A DNA stretch of 35,640 nucleotides from Candidatus Hydrothermarchaeota archaeon (lineage in GTDB: Archaea; Hydrothermarchaeota; Hydrothermarchaeia; Hydrothermarchaeales; JAADFM01). Made by a program: the position numbers and the translations under genes. The DNA lies in NCBI GenBank assembly GCA_964534545.1, contig CAZHQS010000004.1, positions 1 through 35,640 on the forward strand, written 5' to 3'. The first letter of the stretch is position 1; each line of letters starts with the position of its first letter. Positions 9,328 through 17,893 of this stretch are shown one piece after another. Under the pieces are notes generated by a model. It had not been told where the DNA came from, did no database searches, and saw only the letters and a program-made list of their open reading frames with translations.

Positions 9328-10468
9328 CCTGAAACTCTCCTTCTCTATTTAATATCTCAACCTGTATATCAAGGCCGCTTTCTTCGTTATATCCTTTAAC
9401 CCTCTCCCGGACCTTCTCCACCATACCGCCGCTTGCTATTATCAGGCAGCTGAAACCCGCCACCGCCTTGAGGATGCAGTTGTTCACCACGTCCGAATAG
9501 AAGTCTGCCTCAAGGCCCATCTCCCTGGCGGCAAGCTTTGCCTTGGTGCCGAGGACACCCATGTACTGGACCCTGGCGGGGGCCAGCTCCCTGGCTCCTG
9601 ACGGATCAGTCACATAGATTTTTCCCACACCGTTCCTTTTGACCATCCTTTTCGGCAGGCCATCCATTAACTCCAGGAGGTTCTTTGGTGGGCTTCCATT
9701 AGCAAGGCCCCGCCCCTTGAGTTCTGAGTAGACCTTCAGGATATGGGGCTGTCTCAGTCCCGCCCTCTTCAGCAGACTGGGCCGGGTGAATATCTCCAGG
9801 GGCGGACCATGTTCCAGAACGGCCCCATCTTTAAGGAGATAAACATGGTCTGCCCACTGGTATGCCAGTTCCACGTTGTGGGTGGCCACCACAATGGTCT
9901 TTCCCTTCTGGTTGAGTTCCTCTAAAAGACCCAGGAGGTCATCCATACCTGACGGGTCCAGGTTCGAGAGGGGCTCGTCAAAGACCAGGATTTCAGGGTT
10001 CATGGCCAGGACCCCGGCAATGGCGGCCCTCTTCTTCTGGCCGTCGCTTAAGAGATGGGGGGGTCTGTCCCGGAAGGTCTCCATGCTCACTACCTCCAGG
10101 GCCTCATCGACCCTCCTTCTTACCTCCTCCTTTGACAGGCCGAGGTTCAAGGGCCCGAAGGCCACGTCCCTGGCGACGGTGGGAGCAAAGAGATGGTCGT
10201 CCGGGTTCTGGAAGACCATCCCTGCCATGGACCGAAGTTCCACCAGGGATTTCCTGTCGTATTTTATCGGCTTCCCCTCCAAGAGCACCTCGCCCCCAGT
10301 AGGTCGCAGTATTCCATTGAAGTGCAAAAGGAGGGTGGTTTTCCCTGCCCCGTTATGCCCCAGGATGGCGGTCTTTTTTCCCTTTTTTATACTGAGGTCA
10401 ACCCCTTTCAGGGCCGGGGTGCCGTCGGGATAGGTATGTTCCAGACCCCTGGTTTCGATGATGTTCAT
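9320..10468 (-). CDS. cbiO: Cobalt ECF transporter ATPase with a ~100-aa C-terminal extension
   Basis: Walker A GHNGAGKTT, FQNPDD, variant signature LSDGQKKR, Walker B LVFDEP, H-loop ATH. Confidence 0.9.
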   Translation of the reverse strand: MNIIETRGLEHTYPDGTPALKGVDLSIKKGKKTAILGHNGAGKTTLLLHFNGILRPTGGEVLLEGKPIKYDRKSLVELRSMAGMVFQNPDDHLFAPTVARDVAFGPLNLGLSKEEVRRRVDEALEVVSMETFRDRPPHLLSDGQKKRAAIAGVLAMNPEILVFDEPLSNLDPSGMDDLLGLLEELNQKGKTIVVATHNVELAYQWADHVYLLKDGAVLEHGPPLEIFTRPSLLKRAGLRQPHILKVYSELKGRGLANGSPPKNLLELMDGLPKRMVKRNGVGKIYVTDPSGARELAPARVQYMGVLGTKAKLAAREMGLEADFYSDVVNNCILKAVAGFSCLIIASGGMVEKVRERVKGYNEESGLDIQVEILNREGEFQDE

Positions 10469-11157
10469 ATATCCTCCCCCAGGGCTGACAGATCACCGTC
10501 ATAGCAGCGGGCGTCCATGGAGGTGTAGAGCCTATCGCTTCGGTCCCAGGACCTTATGAAGAGGTTGGATGCCAGAAGGCCGAAGGAGGATATGGACCGC
10601 CTGAAACCGGAGTGCCCCAGCCTCGCCCTCTGGGCGAAGTGCATCCTTGAGGCCTCCTCCATTACCACGAAGATGAACCGGTAGACCATCATGGAGAGGT
10701 TGACCAGGGGAGACGGGACCCTGAGTCTATGTAAGACTGCGAAGAGTTCCACCATGGGGGTCGTGAAGGCCAGGAAGAACATGGAGGCCGACCCGCCCAG
10801 GACCCGGCTGAGGACCAGAATCCCTTCATCGAACCCGTCACCGTAGGCGGTCAAGGTAAACCCGAGAATATCAAAAGAGAAGATGGGATTTTCCTTTCCA
10901 AAGAAGAACACCATTGCAGCCACCGCCGGCAGGGTGAAGGCAACCGGTCCGTAGAACATCTTTAGATAAACCCTTCCAGGGACCCCTGCCCGGGATACGG
11001 TGAGGAACCCCATCGCCGCAAAAACCGTGAGGGGTACGAGAGGTGAGCCTGCAAACACACCTGAAAGGAGGGCCAAAACAGCGACCCCGACCTTGAGTTC
11101 CGTGGGGGTAGATTTCAGCCGGTTGCAGTGGGCATAATAGTCAAGGATGGAGTGCAT
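10465..11157 (-). CDS. cbiQ: Cobalt ECF transporter T component
   Basis: Hydrophobic protein with FTTP, YRFIF, AQRARLG and MDARCY motifs. Confidence 0.92.
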   Translation of the reverse strand: MHSILDYYAHCNRLKSTPTELKVGVAVLALLSGVFAGSPLVPLTVFAAMGFLTVSRAGVPGRVYLKMFYGPVAFTLPAVAAMVFFFGKENPIFSFDILGFTLTAYGDGFDEGILVLSRVLGGSASMFFLAFTTPMVELFAVLHRLRVPSPLVNLSMMVYRFIFVVMEEASRMHFAQRARLGHSGFRRSISSFGLLASNLFIRSWDRSDRLYTSMDARCYDGDLSALGEDI

Positions 11158-11172
11158 GGGGACTCACCGGGA

Positions 11173-11445
11173 TCAGGCCGACTTCCCTTTATGGTATCCG
11201 AGGTAGTACCCGATGACCAGGGCCCCCAGGGCGGCCTGGAGGGAGAAGAGCAGGGACTCTATCTCGCCGCTTGGCGGCTCCCAGATGGGGTCGAACCAGG
11301 GTTCATAGTCCGGGGCGATCTCTGAGATCTTATCCTCGGCAAGACCGTCTGCCCCGCTCCAGGGTTCGGCCTCTTCCTGGGCCGAGACAAGGGGTGTAAG
11401 GGCAAATAGTAAAATCAGGAAGGCAACGCTCTTGATTCTGGTCAT
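11173..11445 (-). CDS. cbiN: Cobalt transport protein CbiN
   Basis: WSGADG, YEPWFDPIWEPPSGEIESLLFSLQAALGA. Confidence 0.95.
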   Translation of the reverse strand: MTRIKSVAFLILLFALTPLVSAQEEAEPWSGADGLAEDKISEIAPDYEPWFDPIWEPPSGEIESLLFSLQAALGALVIGYYLGYHKGKSA

Positions 11446-12125
11446 CAGTTACCCCCTCCTGCCTGGGGCGTTATGACCTTCAGTCTTACAAGGATGTCAG
11501 AGCGGAGGGTGAGGATATGGTTGAAGAGCACCACCGTCAGGGCGCCTTCCAGGATGGCCAAGGGGACCTGGGTGATGGCAAAGATGGCCGCGAACACCTT
11601 GAAGGAACCAAGGACCCCGCCGCTGGCGGCAGGGAAGGCCAGGGCGAGCTGCACCGACGTGGTGACATAGGTGGCCCAATCGCCCAGGGCCGCGGCGAGG
11701 AAGACACACCATTTCATGCCGAGGCCCGCCTTGCTGGATGCCCGGTAGACCCCGTAGGCCACCGCCGGCCCCACAACACCCATGGAAAATATGTTGGCCC
11801 CCAGGGTGGTGAGGCCCCCGTGGGCCAGGAGGAGGGCCTGGTACAGGAGCACCACGGCCGCAAGGACCGCGGCCACCGCCGGACCGAAGAGCACCGCCCC
11901 CAGGCCGGTCCCGGTGGGATGGGAGCAGGACCCGGTTACCGAGGGTATCTTCAGGGCGGAGAGGACGAAGGCGAAGGCCCCGGCCATGGCCAGCATGGTG
12001 CTGGCCTTCGGGTTCTCGTCTGTTATTCTCTTTATCTGGCTTATGCCATAGAACACGACAGGCAGACTGAGGGCAAACCAGACCTCCCACCAGGGGTGGG
12101 GCAGGAATCCTTCCATGATATGCAT
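11445..12125 (-). CDS. cbiM: Cobalt ECF transporter S component
   Basis: True start MHIMEGFLP (ATG at 12125); [30 protein letters not shown]. Confidence 0.96.
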   Translation of the reverse strand: MHIMEGFLPHPWWEVWFALSLPVVFYGISQIKRITDENPKASTMLAMAGAFAFVLSALKIPSVTGSCSHPTGTGLGAVLFGPAVAAVLAAVVLLYQALLLAHGGLTTLGANIFSMGVVGPAVAYGVYRASSKAGLGMKWCVFLAAALGDWATYVTTSVQLALAFPAASGGVLGSFKVFAAIFAITQVPLAILEGALTVVLFNHILTLRSDILVRLKVITPQAGGGN

Positions 12126-12155
12126 CTTATCACCACTACCCCGTGGGAAGGAGGA

Positions 12156-12163
12156 TTTATATA
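12156..12163. promoter_or_regulatory. TATA box, possibly shared by the divergent cbiM and arsR genes
   Basis: TTTATATA in the 58-bp gap between the two start codons. Confidence 0.5.
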
Positions 12164-12183
12164 CATAGCCTTTGTGATTAAAT

Positions 12184-12717
12184 ATGTTACCCGGAACGGA
12201 AAATGAGGTTTTATTGATGTTCAAGGCCCTCTCCAGCAAGACCCGACGCGAGATGATCAAGATTCTCTCGAAGGAGGAGATGCATGTGACAGGCCTGGCG
12301 GAGGAGCTGGGCATCTCGGTCCCGGTGGCATCCAAGCACCTGAAGGTTCTCCTGGAGGCAGGTCTTGTCAGGAGGAGGATACTTGGAAAGAGCCACATAT
12401 ACAGGGCGAATATGGAGAAGGTGTACAGTGCCCTGGATGGACTGGGGGAAACAGTGGAGGTGGAGGTGCCAAAGGGGGCATCGGTCCTGGACGCCCTGAG
12501 AAAGGTGGCAGGGATAAGGCTTGGCAGGGTGGGGGAAAGGGAGTTCGTTACGGACGTGGACGGCGACAAGGGCTACTATGTCTATGAGGTGGACGGGGAA
12601 CTCCCGGAGGTGGGGATGGAGAGGTTCACCCTGGAGGAGGATACGGTGGTGGAGCTCAAGAAGATTCTGTATGTGAGGAAGAAGAGGATGAGGGTGAAGG
12701 TGAGAGTAAAGGGATAG
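12184..12717 (+). CDS. ArsR-family regulator with a C-terminal DUF4430/transcobalamin-like beta-grasp domain
   Basis: ArsR HTH ([13 protein letters not shown]...[13 protein letters not shown]), then [13 protein letters not shown]...FVTDVDG...[13 protein letters not shown]...LEEDTVV. Confidence 0.75.
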   Translation: MLPGTENEVLLMFKALSSKTRREMIKILSKEEMHVTGLAEELGISVPVASKHLKVLLEAGLVRRRILGKSHIYRANMEKVYSALDGLGETVEVEVPKGASVLDALRKVAGIRLGRVGEREFVTDVDGDKGYYVYEVDGELPEVGMERFTLEEDTVVELKKILYVRKKRMRVKVRVKG

Positions 12718-12759
12718 AAAGGGACCAAGGCTGCCGTCGCATACCCTGAGGATTTGTGA

Positions 12760-13280
12760 GGCAGTCCGTCAAGTCCTTCATTCTTACCACTTTGACCCTT
12801 TTCCTTATGGCCTTGTCCATGGTTATGACGATGGCATTGATCTCTTCTGCCAAGGCACTTATCAGGAATAGCTCATCCCGGAATCCGGCCTCGCAGCAGC
12901 GATAAGGGAGATGGGGGTCAGGGCCAGGACTTTTCAGGAGGTATAAGAGACGCCAGGTCCTCCAGGAGGGTGGACGAGGGCACGAAGACCCCGAGTTTTT
13001 CCAGGGATCTAGGATGTTCCTAGGCCTTTTTGTGGTGGCGGTCTCTTTCCCGGATGGCGCCCATGAGGACAACGGTGCCCAGAATCTTCATCCCAGAAGG
13101 AGCCTCTTCCCTCTGTGGTCCTCTTCCCTCCAGTCCCCCAGTTTCCTAGAGGCTATTGCCCTGGAAAGCTGGGAGTGCACCGGCACCGCCTACCACCCTC
13201 TCCTTTGGAGCGGACCTTCTTCTGCAGCGCGATGCGCCCCTTCTTGTCAATTACCACTGTTGTCGTTCTGTACCACTTAT
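12760..13280 (-). pseudogene. Decayed vapBC (AbrB-type antitoxin plus PIN toxin); boundaries approximate
   Basis: Minus-strand fragments: VVIDKKGRIALQKKVR (AbrB-like); MKILGTVVLMGAIRERDRHHKKA* from ATG 13091 (PIN N-terminus, expected Asp replaced by Gly, premature stop); DELFLISALAEEINAIVITMDK (PIN C-terminus). Confidence 0.65.
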
Positions 13281-13314
13281 TACGTCTCAGACCACAAAGG
13301 AGTTAACGGAATCC

Positions 13315-13734
13315 CTAATCCATCCCTCTCCCGGTAGAGGTCATGACCAGCTTGCCGTGCTTGACACCCCGGGCGCTTATGAGACTGTCGGCCAGATCCT
13401 TTATCTCCCTGGCATCCCCCCGGATGACCAGGACCTCCAGACAGTTGTGCTGGTCCAGGTGGACGTGCATGCTGGAGAGGACATGGGTGTGGTGGGAGTG
13501 CTGGAGTTCCGTGAGTTTGTCCGACACCCCCCGGACGTCATGGTCGTAAAGCAGGGTCAGCGATCCGATGCTCTCACCCTCGGCCTTTTCCCACTCGTCT
13601 GCCACGATGAAGTCCCGGATCAGGTCCCTTATCCCCTCGGACCGGTTGGCATAGCCCTTCTCCTCAAGGACGGCATCGAAGCGCTCCATGAGCCTGGGGG
13701 ATATAGTCACGCTGAATCGTGTAACCTTTTCCAT
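13315..13734 (-). CDS. nikR: Nickel-responsive regulator NikR
   Basis: RHH domain (RFSVTI...[14 protein letters not shown]); metal-binding domain [18 protein letters not shown]. Confidence 0.96.
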   Translation of the reverse strand: MEKVTRFSVTISPRLMERFDAVLEEKGYANRSEGIRDLIRDFIVADEWEKAEGESIGSLTLLYDHDVRGVSDKLTELQHSHHTHVLSSMHVHLDQHNCLEVLVIRGDAREIKDLADSLISARGVKHGKLVMTSTGRGMD

Positions 13735-13749
13735 GTTTCTACATACTAT

Positions 13750-13777
13750 GTAATATTATTTAAGATTATTGTATTAC
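13750..13777. promoter_or_regulatory. NikR operator (autoregulatory)
   Basis: Perfect GTAATA-N16-TATTAC just upstream of the nikR ATG; same 6-16-6 architecture as the E. coli NikR operator. Confidence 0.8.
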
Positions 13778-13844
13778 TTGGGCCCCCTAGACCTCCAGCC
13801 ATAGAATATAGACCAGGGGCCAGGGAAGGTTAATCACAGCAATC

Positions 13845-13880
13845 TTTATATCCCCTCAAAACAAATTATGGAAAGGAGGT
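13845..13880 (+). promoter_or_regulatory. TATA box and strong RBS of the peptide/ATP-grasp/radical SAM operon
   Basis: TTTATA at 13845-13850; GGAGGT at 13875-13880. Confidence 0.6.
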
Positions 13881-13886
13881 ATGTAG

Positions 13887-13922
13887 ATGAAAGAATGGTC
13901 TGCAGAATGCAGCTCGAAATAA
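13887..13922 (+). CDS. 11-aa peptide MKEWSAECSSK, candidate precursor peptide
   Basis: ATG AAA GAA TGG TCT GCA GAA TGC AGC TCG AAA TAA, 6 nt after GGAGGT; first ORF of an operon of modifying enzymes. Confidence 0.6.
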   Translation: MKEWSAECSSK

Positions 13923-13968
13923 CCTTCTAGGGGTTTTGGGGGGTATACGAGCCCCCTTTTATTATTTT
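13921..13968 (+). terminator. Tandem hairpins and U-rich tract after the peptide ORF (leaky terminator or stability element)
   Basis: AACCT-tctag-GGGTT (13921-13935), then GGGGG-tatacgag-CCCCC-TTTTATTATTTT (13939-13968). Confidence 0.5.
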
Positions 13969-13979
13969 AGGGGTAACCA

Positions 13980-15083
13980 ATGGATAATATACCGGTTTTT
14001 AAAGCCATATCAGGAGAATTGTCCAAGATCTGGAATTACTCCTGGATACCGGTTTCCCTCGATCCAAAGACTTTTTCTGAACTCACCAGGGCAAATGAAC
14101 TGGCCCTGAAGATCATCGCTGAGCAGTACAGGGAGGGGCACTACGAGAACAACTCCCACCCCTTCACCCACAAGATTTCATGCCTTGATGACCCTGAAAT
14201 CTCAATCGTGCCCTTCAGGATAGACTATCTCAAAAAGAGGGACGGCACCTTCGCCATGTACGATCTCAACACCCAGCCCGGGGTTCCAGGGTCCTTTTTC
14301 TGGGAGGAGTTCTGGAGGCAAAGGGGGACGGACCGTTTCATTCAGCATGGGAAGGAGCTGAGATACTTTAGGATATTCCCCATCCTGGGCGATATCTTCA
14401 AGGACCACTCAGGGGACAGGCCCAGGATAGCCATGTTCCAGGAAAGAGATCCCATGATGGGTAAAAGTACCCTCAGGGGGCTGACCACCATCTGCGAGAA
14501 GACCTCCTCCTTTGGCTACTACAACATCGATTTTGTCCAGGAAAGAGATGACCTTGAGGGTTACCATGTCATCGAGCCCTTTTACTTCATCAGGGGGGAC
14601 GTGACCAAGGTATTCTCAAACTATACCACGGCCCTGAAAACCGGCAGGCCCCTTGCCAGCAACCTGAAACTCGAACCCTATACCTCCAAGGACATGAGCT
14701 TTGCCACCAATATGGAATCCTATCTTGATTCCGGAGAAGGTGAATTTTTGAGGGAAAGGATCGCCTTTCCTTCCAAGGGCGACGGTGTTAAAAAGAGGCT
14801 CTATGGCATGAGCGGCACCGGTTACTATGACGGCAACGATTCCATACCATGGTCTAAGGAACTGGTGTGCCAGGAGAGGCTCTTCCCGGAGAGGTGCCAG
14901 GTATCCCGGGGAAAGGACATCATTGAGATGATGTACGACGTGGGGATCACCAGCATCATGGTATTCAGGGGCTGTGAGATGGTGGACTTCCACCCCGTGG
15001 TGGATATCACCATCCGTGCCAAGGAGGAGCACCCCATATCCGGTCCTGATACCAATGTGGTCCCGGCGGCGGTGGAGATATGA
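13980..15083 (+). CDS. Divergent ATP-grasp amide ligase (circularly permuted, glutathionylspermidine/glutathione synthetase-like)
   Basis: FRIDYL...AMYDLNTQPG (RxD then ExN-like, here DxN), KKRLYGMSGTG (K then Gly loop) and VCQERL, in the motif order of permuted ATP-grasp enzymes. Confidence 0.55.
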   Translation: MDNIPVFKAISGELSKIWNYSWIPVSLDPKTFSELTRANELALKIIAEQYREGHYENNSHPFTHKISCLDDPEISIVPFRIDYLKKRDGTFAMYDLNTQPGVPGSFFWEEFWRQRGTDRFIQHGKELRYFRIFPILGDIFKDHSGDRPRIAMFQERDPMMGKSTLRGLTTICEKTSSFGYYNIDFVQERDDLEGYHVIEPFYFIRGDVTKVFSNYTTALKTGRPLASNLKLEPYTSKDMSFATNMESYLDSGEGEFLRERIAFPSKGDGVKKRLYGMSGTGYYDGNDSIPWSKELVCQERLFPERCQVSRGKDIIEMMYDVGITSIMVFRGCEMVDFHPVVDITIRAKEEHPISGPDTNVVPAAVEI

Positions 15084-16540
15084 GGGCGCTGCTTTTCTAC
15101 CCTGACAACATGGTCAAGGGCACCATCCTGCCCCCCTATTCCCTCCTCTACCTCGCCAAGGCCCTGATGAAGGAGGGCCACGAGGCGGTGATCCTGGACG
15201 GCCGATTTGAAGACAAAAAGACCATCGAAGACGAGATATCCAGAACAGACCTTTTTGCTGTAAGCGCTGGCATGAACCTCCAGTTCGCCACCGCCCTGCC
15301 CTTTGCAAAGATGGCCAAGGGTTATGGGGTCCCGGTGCTCTTCGGCGGGGTCTTCTCGACCCTGAACCATGAAGCCCTGCTAAAATACCCCAATATCGAT
15401 GGCATCTGCCTGGGGGAGGGGGAGGTTGCCATTGTCGAAGCCCTGGAGAAGAGTGTCAGAAAGGCCTCCAATGTGGCCTATCTCGACGGGGGAGTTCATA
15501 GGAACCCCCAGGCCCCCTTTATCAATCTGGACCACTACACCCCCCTGCCCTGGGACCTCACGGACATGGAGAGATATGTCACCAGATACAAGGACATGGA
15601 CATCTTCTATTATACCACCAGCCGGGGGTGCCCCCACCGTTGTGATTACTGCTACCAGGGAGGCTTCTGGAACAGGAGATGGAGGGGTATGGGTGTTGAG
15701 AAGGTAAAGGAAGAGATCCATGTCATCACCGAGTCGGTGGATATTGACGGGGTCTATCTCTTCGACGACAACTTCCTGGTGAACAGAAGGAGGGCGGAGG
15801 AAATAACTCAATACTTTCGTGAGAAAGGGCTGAAGTGGTCCTGCATGACCAGGGCGAGCTATCTGGACGAGGCCCTTGTAAAGCATATAAAGGAGTCGGG
15901 CTGTTTCAAGCTGAACATCGGGGCTGAAAGCGGGTCCCAGGCCACCTTAGAGCGCATGAAGAAGGATATAAGGATTGAGGATACCCTCCAGGCCGCCCGG
16001 CTCCTTGGGGAGGCAGGGCTTTCAAGCGAGTTCTATTTCATGATCGGCTACCAGGGAGAGACCATGGAGGACATCATGAAGACCGTGGTGTTGGCCGATC
16101 AGGTGGAGAGGCTCTCGGGGGCCGAGACCTTCATCAGGGTGGCCCTGCCCTTCAAGGGTACCCCCTATTATGAAGCTGCCAGGGAAGCGGGCTTCGAGAG
16201 GGGGGATGACCTCATCTCCCTGTGCACCGAGGACTGGGGCAGGAGGCCCCCTCACCTGCCCTGGTTGAGTGATGAGGAGAACCGGATAGTGAAGAACATA
16301 GCCACCCTGAGCGAGATAAGGTTCATGAAGAAGAAGTTCCTGGCTAACATGCCCCTCTGGGAACGGGTATACATATCCATGATATACCCTTTACTGGAGC
16401 TGAGGTGGAAGAGGAGGCTATGGAAAAGTATTTACGAGCTGGTCCCCTATGAGTTGTATGAAAGCAAGCTGGAATCCAGGCGGTTGAAGGATTCCCTTGA
16501 GATTGCCGGTGGGATGGAAAGGTGTCCGAGTTCGATTTGA
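15080..16540 (+). CDS. Cobalamin-dependent radical SAM enzyme (class B-like)
   Basis: N-terminal B12-binding domain (PPYSLLYLA, LFGGVFST, GEGE), TSRGCPHRCDYC, DDNF, GAESGSQ, FMIG; ATGA overlap with the upstream gene. Confidence 0.92.
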   Translation: MRALLFYPDNMVKGTILPPYSLLYLAKALMKEGHEAVILDGRFEDKKTIEDEISRTDLFAVSAGMNLQFATALPFAKMAKGYGVPVLFGGVFSTLNHEALLKYPNIDGICLGEGEVAIVEALEKSVRKASNVAYLDGGVHRNPQAPFINLDHYTPLPWDLTDMERYVTRYKDMDIFYYTTSRGCPHRCDYCYQGGFWNRRWRGMGVEKVKEEIHVITESVDIDGVYLFDDNFLVNRRRAEEITQYFREKGLKWSCMTRASYLDEALVKHIKESGCFKLNIGAESGSQATLERMKKDIRIEDTLQAARLLGEAGLSSEFYFMIGYQGETMEDIMKTVVLADQVERLSGAETFIRVALPFKGTPYYEAAREAGFERGDDLISLCTEDWGRRPPHLPWLSDEENRIVKNIATLSEIRFMKKKFLANMPLWERVYISMIYPLLELRWKRRLWKSIYELVPYELYESKLESRRLKDSLEIAGGMERCPSSI

Positions 16541-17859
16541 TGGTCCTGGGCGGGGGAACGGGTGGGCTTCCCTCGGCGGTCATGGCCGCCAACATGGGGA
16601 AGAAGGTGGCTGTAGTCGAGGGGGACAAACTGGCCGGGACCTGCATGAACTACGGGTGCACCCCCACCAAGGCGATTATCCATTCCGCCCGGGTCTATGC
16701 CCAGGCAAAGGATTCGAAGCGCTTTGGTATCGATTTCGACAACCTGCGCCTGGACTTCAAGAAGGTCATGGAGCGCACCCGGAGCATCGTCTCAGAAGGG
16801 AGGGGAAGGAATGAGAAACGGGTGGAGGACAACCCTAATATTACCCTCTTTAAAGGTACAGGGAAGTTCGTCAACGAGAAGGAGGTCCAGGTGGGCGGGG
16901 AGACCATATCAGCCGGGACTATCTTCATCACCACCGGGGCATCTCCCTTTGTCCCTTCAATCAAGGGATTAGACAAAGTCGGGTATCTTACCTACAAGAC
17001 CATCCTGGACCTTGAGGAGCTTCCTGGGTCCATCATCATAATGGGCGGTGGTTTCATCGGTGTGGAATATGCCTCGGCCTTCAACGCCTTCGGCTCGAAG
17101 GTGACCCTCATCCAGCGCAGCGATAAGCTTATTGGAAAAAGCGATGGGGACATATCCAGGGCCCTGGCCGAATACCTCACGGAAGACGGGATTGACATAA
17201 GATTTGGTACCGAGGCCGAAAGGGTCGAGGAGAGGGATGGAAGGGTGGTCATCACCACAAAAGGCGGCGGGACCCTGGAGGCCGAGAAACTACTCATGGC
17301 CGTTGGGCTGCGGCCCAACACCTCAGGGTTGAACCTGGAGGCCTGCGGGGTCGAGACCAACCCGAGGGGGTTCATCCAGGTGAACGGGTACAACAGGACC
17401 ACCGCCGAGGACATCTGGGCCTTTGGAGACGTGGTGGGCAGGAAGATGTTCACCCATGCGGCGCTGAAGGAGTTTGCCATCACGATAAAGAACGCCTTCC
17501 AGGATGCAAGGATCAAAATCGACGAGGCCAACCTCCCCTACGCGGTCTTCACGACTCCCGAGATCGGTTCCGTTGGGCTGACGGAAGAGGAGGCTAGGGA
17601 GAAGGGCCTGGACTTCAAGGCCAAGAAGGCCTATTACGCCGATACCTCCAAGGGGATTGTTGCGGGAGATACCCGGGGTTTCGTCAAGCTCATCCATGAC
17701 GATGCCAAAATCCTGGGATGCCACGCCATCGGGACCCATGCGGGTATCCTGGTCCAGGAGATCGCGGCCCTTCTGAACTGCCCGGGCTCCCTGGATGCCT
17801 TCAGGGCAACCACCCATACCCACCCCACCCTCTCGGAGATATTTGAGGATTTGAAATAA
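16522..17859 (+). CDS. Class I pyridine nucleotide-disulfide oxidoreductase (dihydrolipoamide dehydrogenase/glutathione reductase family)
   Basis: LGGGTGG, GTCMNYGCTPTK (redox CxxxxC), MGGGFIGVE, WAFGD, HPTLSE. Confidence 0.92.
   Translation: MSEFDLMVLGGGTGGLPSAVMAANMGKKVAVVEGDKLAGTCMNYGCTPTKAIIHSARVYAQAKDSKRFGIDFDNLRLDFKKVMERTRSIVSEGRGRNEKRVEDNPNITLFKGTGKFVNEKEVQVGGETISAGTIFITTGASPFVPSIKGLDKVGYLTYKTILDLEELPGSIIIMGGGFIGVEYASAFNAFGSKVTLIQRSDKLIGKSDGDISRALAEYLTEDGIDIRFGTEAERVEERDGRVVITTKGGGTLEAEKLLMAVGLRPNTSGLNLEACGVETNPRGFIQVNGYNRTTAEDIWAFGDVVGRKMFTHAALKEFAITIKNAFQDARIKIDEANLPYAVFTTPEIGSVGLTEEEAREKGLDFKAKKAYYADTSKGIVAGDTRGFVKLIHDDAKILGCHAIGTHAGILVQEIAALLNCPGSLDAFRATTHTHPTLSEIFEDLK
17818..17859 (+). 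repeat. Direct repeat copy 1 (3' end of the reductase gene)
   Basis: 17818-17850 is identical over 33 bp to 28899-28931. Confidence 0.95.
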
Positions 17860-17893
17860 TGCTCGTTGATGGGAACTGCTGAAATTAGGGTAG

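Noticed and set aside
12126-12183. Cobalamin riboswitch upstream of cbiM
   Set aside because: The gap is only 58 bp and shows no B12-box-like sequence
2105-12206. Many plus-strand ORFs across the cbi operon (e.g. 7670-8665, 5665-6399, 11517-12206)
   Set aside because: Antisense shadows of GC-rich real genes; no motifs of their own
12126-12569. 148-aa N-terminal extension of CbiM in the ORF track
   Set aside because: Antisense to arsR; the mature CbiM sequence begins at MHIMEG
13868-13930. Alternative 20-aa ORF MERRYVDERMVCRMQLEITF overlapping the 11-aa ORF
   Set aside because: No RBS and probably too close to the TATA box; GGAGGT is well spaced for ATG 13887. Not fully excluded as a leaderless ORF.
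16522-17859. Mercuric reductase MerA
   Set aside because: No C-terminal Cys-Cys pair, no N-terminal HMA domain and no mer genes
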